Source of the DNA: Chrysochromulina tobinii | Lineage: Eukaryota | Direction: 5' to 3' | DNA: 20,000 nt | Assembly: GCA_001275005.1 (NCBI GenBank) | Contig: JWZX01003391.1 | Span: 48,422-68,421, forward strand | Part shown: piece by piece, positions 1-9,900 of the stretch | Position numbering within the stretch: the stretch's first letter is position 1 | Layout of the letters: each line of letters opens with the position of its first letter | Made by a program: the position numbers and the translations under genes | The notes under the pieces: generated by a model | What the model was told of the DNA's origin: nothing | Database searches by the model: none | Seen by the model: the letters and a program-made list of their open reading frames with translations, nothing else

Positions 1-609
1 CGCCCAGCAGAGATTGCTCAGCTCCTGCGGGTTGAAGGCGTCGATCTGGGCCTCCGCCACCTCTGCAAGGGCATCAAATAGGTCTGGCGCCCGATGCCCC
101 GCTGTCGCAAACGCCCATGCCGTGTTGCTGAGCTCCTGAGAGTTCATGCTGGCGAGACGCGTCGAGGCCGCCACGGCTGCGAGCGCCTCGAGCAGCCCGG
201 AACGCGTCGGCGAGTCCGGGAAGCGCGAGCGCGCCACGCCGTAGATGACGTTGGCCAACTCGCGACCGCGCAGGCCACCGGCGAGCGCCAGCCTGGCGGA
301 GCGGCCCATGAGCGGCTTGAGCTGCTCTTGCACCCGCGGCGACATGGACCGGTAGCGCGTGTAGCCGCTGCGTGATGCACTCGCCGAGACGCGCGAGGAC
401 GTGAGTCTGCTCACTGCCATCCACGCAGCACTCAAGTGGATGTGGTTGAAATGCCGGCCGTGCTCCTGGTGAACGGACATGAGCTCATCGATGCTGCTCG
501 CCTTCTTGATCCACTGCGTGAGGATCCTCGGGTCGACCGTCGCCGGGGGTGTCATGGCCAGCGCCGTGACCATGTGTGCGAGAATGCGAAAAACTGTGGG
601 CATTCGCAT
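1..609 (-). CDS. OPR/HPR-type helical repeat RNA-binding protein (probably RAP-domain family), 5' portion; continues beyond left window edge
   Basis: Manual translation of a minus frame missing from the ORF track: MRMPTVFRILAHMVTALAMTPPATVDPRILTQWIKKASSIDELMSVHQEHGRHFNHIHLSAAW...LRGRELANVIYGVAR...MNSQELSNTAWAFATAGHRAPDLFDALAEVAEAQIDAFNPQELSNLCWA. The xxQELSNxxWA motifs are 37 aa apart, typical of algal octo-/heptatricopeptide repeats. In-frame ATGs occur at 573, 603, 609 and 660, so the start is uncertain. Confidence 0.85.
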   Translation of the reverse strand, partial: MRMPTVFRILAHMVTALAMTPPATVDPRILTQWIKKASSIDELMSVHQEHGRHFNHIHLSAAWMAVSRLTSSRVSASASRSGYTRYRSMSPRVQEQLKPLMGRSARLALAGGLRGRELANVIYGVARSRFPDSPTRSGLLEALAAVAASTRLASMNSQELSNTAWAFATAGHRAPDLFDALAEVAEAQIDAFNPQELSNLCWA

Positions 610-681
610 TCTCCCGACGCCATGGACAGCATTCGCGTTGTGTTGAACAGTTTCCGCCATGCACCCGATAGGGATTCCCGG

Positions 682-790
682 TAAAAAGACACCGGGGGGA
701 GCCGGGACACACACGGGACACACGCGGGACACGCGGACGCACAAAGGCACTCGGATCACACCGGTAGCCCCCGTGCTTGGGGGTCCGGTG
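682..790 (-). mobile_element. Putative 3' end of a non-LTR retroelement (interspersed repeat), longer copy; right boundary uncertain
   Basis: 682-715 TAAAAAGACACCGGGGGGAGCCGGGACACACACG matches 14136-14168 with 2 substitutions and 1 indel. It is followed by degenerate GGGACAC(AC/GC) units (704-742) and a hairpin at 759-790 (CACCGG..CCCCC/GGGGG..CCGGTG). The retroelement call is inferred from the TSD-flanked second copy. Confidence 0.55.
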
Positions 791-857
791 AGCGTGCGCG
801 TTGTATTGAACCGTATCAGCAGCCGCCGATTTATACACGTCCGAGCCGACGATGACG

Positions 858-878
858 CTGTTGAGGTGTGAACGTGAA
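858..878 (+). promoter_or_regulatory. CTGTYGAGGTGTGAACGTGAA motif in the divergent OPR/sacsin intergenic region
   Basis: 20/21 identical to 11275-11295 upstream of Cdt1. Function is inferred only. Confidence 0.35.
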
Positions 879-997
879 CTTTTCTCTGATCCCTCTTGTC
901 TATACTTGTCGGCGCTTGGAAAGTTGCCGCGATAGAAAAGGCGTCGCGCTCGCTAGTTGAGGCACGCACGAGGACGAACGCCCTCGAGCGCGGCCCG

Positions 998-3900
998 ATG
1001 ACGAAATTCCGCCTCAAGGCGCCAATAAAGCCGCAGCTCCTACACATCCTGGAGGATTACCCGGGGGGGCAGCTGTTGAGTGAGGCGTTGCAGAATGCAG
1101 AAGACGGCGGCGCATCAGAGTTTGCACTGGTACTTGACCAGAGGACAGTGCGTGGCATCAGCCCCGAGTTGGGAGGTCCGGCATTCGTCCTCATCGACAA
1201 CGGCTCCGGGTTCGGGGATAAAGCGTGGGAAAGTCTGCAGAATTTACACCAGTCGGAGAAGCGTGACTCACCCTCTTCCATCGGCGCCTACGGTATGGGC
1301 AGCCGCTCTTACTTCCACTACTCGGATGTAACTCTGGTGGTGAGCTGTGGAGAATATGTTGGTCTCGACCCTCTTGAGGTGGTCTCGTCGCACGAACGTA
1401 AGGGCGAACAGGGATGGAAGGTCAACATCGCCTCCCCTGATGGCCACGTTGAGCAGCAGATTGCACGCGAGGCACAGTCGCTGTTCACACACGAGCTTGC
1501 TGAGCTCTGTCGTGGCTTTGATGTGATCAGCTGTGGGGCCATGTTTCGGCTGCCTTTGCGTCGCGATGAAGACGTTGCGCGAGAGGAGAGAACAAACACG
1601 GGCGTGCTCGGGCCAGCGATGCCATTGGAACGGGCGGAATCCTTGATGCACGGTTGGGCGGCCTCCGCGCCGCGACTACTCCTATTTCTAACGAAGGTCA
1701 GACGCATCTCGATCTGGCGCTGGAGGGCGGATGCACCCGGACCCGACCTCATAGCAGCCGCGCAAAGGCAGACTGGCCAGGCACAGGTGCCGTTCGAGCG
1801 CATCCCGCACAGCCTTGGGGAGGGCCAAGCTGCCTCGTACGTTGCACTTCGTGAATGCATTCGCAACTTGAGCGCGGAGGAGCGTGCCGAGCTCTCGAAG
1901 ATGCACGCCGATATCGTACACATCGAGGATGGTGCGGGCCATCCGGGCATGTCATGGCTCGTTGTTCAACGCTTCGACGTCGAGACGCGAGAGCTACTTG
2001 CCGCGCTGGAGGATGGTTGTAACGCCGTACCTGTTGTTGGTCTTGCGCTTCCTCTCTCCGTCACGGATGGCTCACAGATTGAAGGGGTGCCGTTTTGCTT
2101 CCTGCCAGTTGGCAGCATGCGCACTGGCCTTCCGCTGCACATCAACGGCTCGTTTCATCCGACCCCCAACCGGCGCGACCTATGGCTACCTGCCGCGGAA
2201 TTGGATGGTGGTCATGAGAAGAAGGCGAAATGGAACGACGTGCTGATGCGACACGCTGTGCCGCGCCTCTGGCAAGATGCTTTGGTCAGCCTGACAGACC
2301 CGGCGTGGAAAGATGCCCGTGAGCTCGATGCGATACCTAGCGATCTGCTTCTCTCTTTGCTTCCAAACCTCGACGCTGTTCACGATAAGTGGCTGGTGGT
2401 CGCGCAGAACCTGTACAAGCGGCTCGGCGACGTGGCCATCTTGCCACACGCACGCGAGCCGCGGTGGGTAAAGCCCAAGGAGGCCCTGGCCTTCCGGACG
2501 CACACAGAGGACTTAGCTACTCACACGAGCCGCTTGATTGACTTGTACAAGCGCTGCCATCCGAACATCTTCGACGAGACCCTCAAGCTAGGTGCCAAGT
2601 TCGTGGTGGATCTGCCGGCGCATGTGCAACAAGGAAGCGTCAACTACAGCTGCTTGAGTGAAACTGGCATTGAGCGTGTCATCTTTGCTGTCATTAAGGC
2701 GGATCATGAGGTGTGGCGCGCGCCTCACGTCACTGAGGAGGCGATACTCGCAAACTACAGTGCAAAGCAGCTCAAAGCTTTGGCGACGCATCACGGCACT
2801 CAGCTTGATGATGGCGCACTCGAGAAGCGTGAGATGGCGGCTCAGATGATTAGCCAGTCCAACCTTGGCCGTGCCGCCAATGTGCTTCAGCCGATTCTCA
2901 TGGCGCTCCTCCCGTACGCTGCTGCCCACTTCTCGCCAACGTCTCATCCCGATTGGCGAGAGCTTCTCTCCGGCGTCAAGTGGGTACCAACAGCTGCCAA
3001 TCAACTCGTCGACTTGGCATCCGCGTTCGCGCCTCTGCCGGAGATAGATGAATGGGGGCTGAGTGTGGTGCAGCGCAATCGGGCCGTCCTGGAATGCGAA
3101 GCTGGCGGCGTACGTGTCGCCATTGAGTGGGGGCTCAAGAAGCATCTCACCGCCGCTGATTGTCTCTTCGAGGCACAGCGTGTCGCAGATGAGAACCTAA
3201 TGGAGATGGACGATCGGATTGATTGGGCACGGCGGCTGATCCGATATCTCAGCCACTTGCATGCAGCGGGGAGTGTCACATTCACCCGCAGCGAGATCAT
3301 CGAGCTCAATAAGATTGCATTCCATCCCGCGCATGCGCCGTGTGCTCAAGTCGCGATCAGCTGGGCAGATGGGGCTGATTTCCCGCGAGGAGGCCTGTGC
3401 CTGCGTGCTGCTGAGTCGCTCTTTGCAGAGCGTGACGCGCCGATCGTCTGGGCCTGCGCCGCCTATGCTCCAACGGGAGTCATAGCACCCGTGTTCAACT
3501 ACAGCGCGGTGTCACCCTTGGTGCTCACGGGTCAAATCCAACGGATTGCGTCACTCGATCCGACTGGCTCTCACATCGAGGCTCTTGCCGAGCACCTTCT
3601 GAAAGCAGTGCGAGAGCTCAGCTCATTGTTGCCCCGTTCTACTGCAAATCGCGATCCGTCCGTGGACGCACTCTTGGCCCAACTTTCGGAGATGATTTGG
3701 GTCCCGGCGATGAGTGCTGAGTCGGGCAGCAGACTGCGCCTTTTCCAACCCAATCGCGTCGCAGCCAAGATGACCCGCAGCCTTTGGCCTCGCTTCGGTC
3801 GGTTACCTGACAGCTGGGGACGAGAGCCAAACGTGTGGCAAGTCCTCGAGCAAGTGGGCGCGGGTCACAGGATCTCGGTCGACATGCTTGCTCGCGAGCT

Positions 3901-6900
3901 CGCTTCCATCGCTGCAGATCACCCGGTCCGGAAGGTGAGCGCCGTGGTGGCCCAGAGGAACGAGACGCGCTTGGCCGAGCTGCAGGCGGAGCTCAAGGAG
4001 GCGGTCGAGGCCGAGGACTATGCCAAGGCGGCCGAGCTCAAGCCGCAGATCAAGGAGCTCAAGGCGACCATCGATGCGGCCACGGAAGCCGCCGTGGGCG
4101 GCCTGAGCGAGGACAGCTTGGAGCTCTCGATCAATCTCGCGAGTGAGCTTGCTGAACTGGGAAGCAATCGTGTTGGACTCGGCGTCGAGGTGCATGTACC
4201 AACGGCCTCAGGAAATCTTCTCCCTGCGTCCCAGGTGTTCATCAATGACGCACCGTGGCATGCGCAAGACACGGACACTCACGAGCTCCTGAACGCGAGG
4301 ATCAGCCCCTCGCATGGCCGGGTCCTCGGCTGCTCGTCGGTCCGCGAGCAGCTGGCGCGCCAGTGCGAGGACATGGGCATCGAGGGCGAGGATTTCTCTC
4401 AGCAAGAGGACCTTGCTCAGCGGATTGAAGGGCTCTTGCGCAAGTACGATGATGAGAAGGACATCTTTGTTGAGCACTATCAGAACTGCGATGATGCTGG
4501 CGCAGACGAGGTCTTCTTCCTTCTCGATCAGCAGTCATACGGCACCGACCGACTCTTGACGCCAGAGTCAGCTGCGCTGCAGGGTCCCTCGCTCATTCTG
4601 GCGAGTTCAAAGCCACTCACCAGGGACGACCTGAATCGGATCAAGCAGCTTGGAAGCTCAAAGAAGCGTGCGGACTTCTGCAAGTTTGGCCGCTTTGGTC
4701 TGGGGCTGAACGCAATGTATCACCTGAGTGACACGATTCAGATCTTCGCACGGGATCTGAGTTTGGTTATTCTCGATCCGCTGGATCGCATCAAGATCGG
4801 CAACGGTGGCAAGGCTTTCACGCCTCATGGGCTTGCCAATCGCTTCCCTGACATGCTTGCAGGCTTTCAGAACTTTCCTGATGGCTATCCGACCATCTTT
4901 CGTCTGCCCTTGCGCAATGCGCCGTCTGATTTTGGTCAGAAATGGAACGCGCATAACACGTACCAGCTCCTCAAACGCTTTGCCGGCACGCAAGTCCAAG
5001 AGCTCCTTCTGTTCGCAAAGTCGGTCGGAAAGGTCACTTGTGGCGTACGCGATACAGTTGGGCACATCACGGTCCTATCAGAAGTGGCACGGGAGCTCCA
5101 AGCGTCGCGCTTCATGTCGCGACTGCCCAGTACCCTCGACGACGTGAAGGCGCTGGAGCGGACGCCAGACGAAGGGCTTGAGCGTGTCAAGATCGAGCGA
5201 CGCACAGGGTCTGGATTAGCAGTCGAAGAGATGCACTGGCTCATCGCGCACTCGCTCTCTGTTGATGCTACCGGTATCCAATTGATTGTTGATGCATTCA
5301 CGCGGAAGACAAAGCCGACGGCTTTGCTACCGCACGGGGCGGTCGCCCTCCGGCTCAACGCTGCGCCCGAGTACACTGGCAATGTTTCTGCCTACTTGCC
5401 TATCGGAATGGCGTTGGGATCGCCACTCGTGGTCCACGGCTGCTTCGCGCTTGATGACAGCCGCAAGCAGATACCATTGCCAGATGGCAAGGACCGCATC
5501 GATGGCCAGAATGATCGCAAGTGGAACCTCACACTACTCAACGGCCCGTGCATGCGGAGCTATGTCACAATCGTCGTCGAGTGTTGCAAGCTTGTCGACC
5601 GAAAGCAGATGAGTGTCGATGCATATTTTGGTATCCTCGGCTTGGACAGCGAGTCTGCCGAGGCGGCTGCGAGTGGCGCCGTCCGTGCAGCGTTGCGCGC
5701 AGCGGTCTGGTCTACTCTCTGCGCAAGCAGCATCAAGTTCATGCCAGTTGTGAGCCCAGCAGATAAGAGCGCAATCGCTTGGAAGGCGAACGCTCCGGAT
5801 ACAGTCCTGCGTACTCAAGGCCTCGACGAGCTTCTGCAAGACGAACTGATTCACGATGGGCTCATGCTGGTTGAGCTTGACGATCGCTTGCGCACCTACC
5901 TTGACGACGTGCAGCATGCTGGGTCAGCGCAGCCACTCACGCCGAGAGGCCTGTGTGTTTTCCTCTCGGCAGAACAGCGTCGCAGGAGTCCAGAGCTTCT
6001 CCGGTCGCTGAGCTCGATCAAGCGAGCGATCGACCTACTTCACTTTGTCCTCCCAGCCCAGCTCTCAGCCCAGGAAGCCCCAATCGCACCGCCAGTTTGT
6101 ATTGACTTTCTCGTCGGCACGCCGCTTCTTCTCCTACAAGACGAATCCATCGCTGAGTTCGGCGATGGTACGGTGCGCTTTTGGAATGATGCTGCGCCTC
6201 TCTTGCCACATGCGCCTCATCTGCTCTTGCATGAGAACGTGAGTGTGGCACTGCGCACGATCTCACGATCAGTCGAGTGCGTCAAAACGGCGTGCGCTTC
6301 TCTGGGCATCCGCAATCTCGTTTCAGCTGATCTCCTGGAAGAACATGCAGTCATTCATGGGCAGAAGCTCAACGAGAACGACAAGTGGCTGGTCGCTTTT
6401 TGGGCATTGCTCGCATCGGAGATCTCCCAGAAAATAAACACTCGTCTTCTCGACAAGTTCAGCGATTGGCGCGTGCTCAGAGTCGCGCCGCTTGCAAATG
6501 AGGAAGGGCCTCAACATGTGCCTCTCGATTCAATGGGCAACACTTTCAGACTAGACTCCATCGACACTCAATGGCATTCAGACGTAATGGAATGGCTGCG
6601 TGCGATGAGAGTGCGAGTGCCAATCTTTGCAAACTATCCAATGCAGCTTCCAGCTGGCGATGAACACCTGGCCAACGTCCTAAAGCACGGTCTTGAGCAT
6701 TTGACTGCCAAGATGCGGGAGGCCGTACTCAAATACTTCGCGTCGCGTCGACAGAACTCGAGTCATGTCTTGGCCACGATACGCCGGATGCCGCTGTTTC
6801 TCAAAGCATGCCCCACGAGCTCAGAAGGCACAAGGGTCACGGCCAGTTCGGATGATCGTGGCGAGAAGGATCGATTTGTGTCTATTGATAGGCCAGATGT

Positions 6901-9900
6901 TTCCTACTACACGCTGTTTGACGTAAAGGAACAGAAGCACAAGCACGCCGGCAATCTGGCGGCGCTCGGTCTGATCGACTGCTGCTTTCTTTCTCTGCCG
7001 CCCACAGGCGAGGTCCGAGACTTCTACTACAAATGCTTTGGAATCGAGAACTTAAGTACGCTCGATTTCGTGACCACCATCCTTCCGTCGAAGCTATCCG
7101 ACCTGCTTGCTTCTGAAGCAATGTCAGCTGCTCTCATCCATGAGTTTTGCTCATGGATCACTGAAGAGGACGACACCATGTCCAAACGAGTCATCGACGC
7201 TCTCGTCGACATCTGTTTTGTGCCATGTCGAGATGGGCATCGACGAAAACCGAAAGATTTGACAGACCCTACTTTGGCAGTTGCCATTCAGTTTGAAGAT
7301 GTCTTGGGATCTGTTCTCCCAACCAGAGAGGTCGCCCAACGCTACTTGAAGGCCCTCCAGAAGCTCGGAATGCGCGATCATCTGAAGCCTGACAGCTTAT
7401 TCGCTTGCGCACAGCATCTCGAGAGCTCTGTACGGCGGTCGATGCCGTTGACAGATACGGCGCCGTTGGCGGATTCCCACATCTGGCAGAGTTTCCATCT
7501 CGTCGAGGCGTTGGCGAAAAACATCCGTCACTCGTTGAACAGAAGCGATGAAAAGAAGCGGCACATCCCTGCTCGTGTGAACGATGCGATGCGCATGCAG
7601 ATCTTCTTGGCGGATGGACCGCCGAGCAGAGAGCTGCTGCTTGAGCACGTTGCACTACTCGCTAACGACAAGGAGCGGCCGGCACAAGCCATGCGGATCA
7701 TCTCATGTGCAAATTCGTTGCTAACCTCCAAAGGCGCTCTTCCGTGGGCATGCATGCCAGTGCTGGCGCAAGCACGTGTCTTCGCGCAATATCCTCGAAA
7801 AATTGACAAGATCGGCGAGATCAGTGAGCTCGATCAGCTTGCAGAGAAACACAAGGAGCTCGTCGAGTCGAAATTTGGTATCTTCTCCAGTCCTCCCGAC
7901 ACAGCCATGATACAGCACCTTGAATGGCTTGCTTCGGCGATCAATCAAGAACCTATGAGGGGCCGTTTCTACCACTACAAGCAGACCCGGACTATTGGAC
8001 TGGATGATATACCAAATGTACTCCATGTCTCGGAATCGAACTTATTCTCCGAAGTGATGTCCATTCTGGACGCACTGAATAGAAAACTTGAAGCGGTTCG
8101 AGCTTATCGAGTATCGGTCGAGGCACCGCAGCTTCAGGTGAACGCGCAAAAGCTACAAGCAATCTCACGGATTCCGTGCATACCGCTCTTACCATCTGAC
8201 AGTTTGCATACTCAATCATCTGATGCTGAACGACCATCGGTTTGGAATCAAGTTGTCAATATGGTTGAGCCCGCAAAACTCTTTTGGACTCTTCCTGAGG
8301 GAACGGAGTGCCAAGAGCAGTTTTCGGCTGCAACACATTATACGCTAAGTTATAAGCGCCCCCTCCTAACGCAACTTGGTGTGCGACAAGCGCCCGCTAT
8401 CGAAGATTGGGCGCAGGCCACACGCGAAACATACGAGCGGGTGCTGCAAGAAGAAGATCAGATCATGCTGCCGTCGGACGTCGCATTGATCGAAGCAGCC
8501 GTCAAGGGCATTCATGACTGCGAGATGAAGAGCAGCATGGGTAACGCTCCCCAGGCTAATGTGCAGTCTGACACGACTCCACTTGAGATCTTCCTCATTG
8601 ATGACGCCGAGGGAGACCAGAAGCGTATTCACGCATCGAGTTCTATGGTCTGGGCCGACGAGCCGAAGCTGAAGCGTCGCTGTGGCCCTTCCATGCGGGC
8701 CAGAGGCTGGCACTTTGTCAGTGCAGAGCTCACGCGAGGAAAAGCCGGATGTACCCTTGCCAGTCGCACAAAGATGCATATGCTGAGCGATCTGGTCGTC
8801 GAGACCATCGCAAGTGCGACTGTCGAAGTTGCCCTCGACGATGTGAATGACTTTGATCGCCGTCTCGGTATCTTGCTTCGATCCGAAGAGTTTGCCTATG
8901 CTTGTGTGTTACTCTCGAGCCACGGTGAACAAGAGTACCCGCGAGTACGACAGAAATTGAGCAACCTCATCATCAAGTGGGCAACTGAATTGCACAGCGT
9001 TGTCAAGATGAAGGAGGATCACGCGGAGATTGAGGAGAGCGGACGACTAATCGATACATTTATTCAAGATGGCGTTCTCTGGCTGCGCGTTGGCAAGCTT
9101 GGAGGCGAAGGAAGCGACTCGTTCTTGCGCGATATAGCCAGTAGCATCATGACGATAGTCACGTTAGGGCACCTGAAAGGTCTCGTGGATCTCATTTCGA
9201 AATGCTGGAATGGCGGACCAACAGAGGTTCAGAACTGCCTTGAAGAACTCAATGTTCGAGAGATGACTCACAGTTTGAATTTTGAGGTGGGCCAACTCGT
9301 TCCAGAGAACATGATGAGATTTTGCGACCAGTCGTTGTACAGCCGCTTCATTTTCTGCGAAATCGTCGCGATAGACTCGTTTGAAAGTGAATGGGCCTCA
9401 AATGCGCAGAGTGGACCGCGAATGACCTATGCAGAGTACAGAGGCATCGTCGAGGACAGCGGCAGCGGCGGACAGTTGGCGCGCAAATATTACCTGTGGG
9501 AGGGCGGCATGGCCGAAGACGGCCGTGAAACCCTCGAGGTGCGTCCGCATGTTCAGGTCTATAAGATAAGTCGCAGGCGTGCGCAGCCTCCTCAGTTGCC
9601 TCATCTACAACACGACATCTCGGACGCCACGCAACTGCAGCGGTCTTTGGCCGGTGTGCCGACCACTGCAACAGAAGCCGCAGCGACAGACGACTTCAGT
9701 GACCTCTTCGATACCCTCCATCAGATGCTCACGATGGAAAAAGTCGCTCAACGTGCGTACGTGAGGCGCCTGTACCTCACGTGGCATCCTGACAAGTGCG
9801 AAAAGCCGCATGCACCACGCGTTTTTGAGTACGTGCGCCGCTTTGCCAACCTCGCGCAAGCCGGGAAGGAAGACGAGCTCAGGGCATTCGTCACCAGCCT

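Noticed and set aside
896..997. N-terminal extensions from TTG/GTG starts in the ORF track (896, 11176, 14234, 15393, 16312)
   Set aside because: In a eukaryotic locus ATG starts or splicing explain the genes, and the extensions show no homology.
3935..4116. Intron removing the UVR segment (AAG|GTGAGC donor)
   Set aside because: The segment is in frame with strong codon periodicity and a recognisable domain; the candidate acceptor after the segment (4116) would shift the frame.
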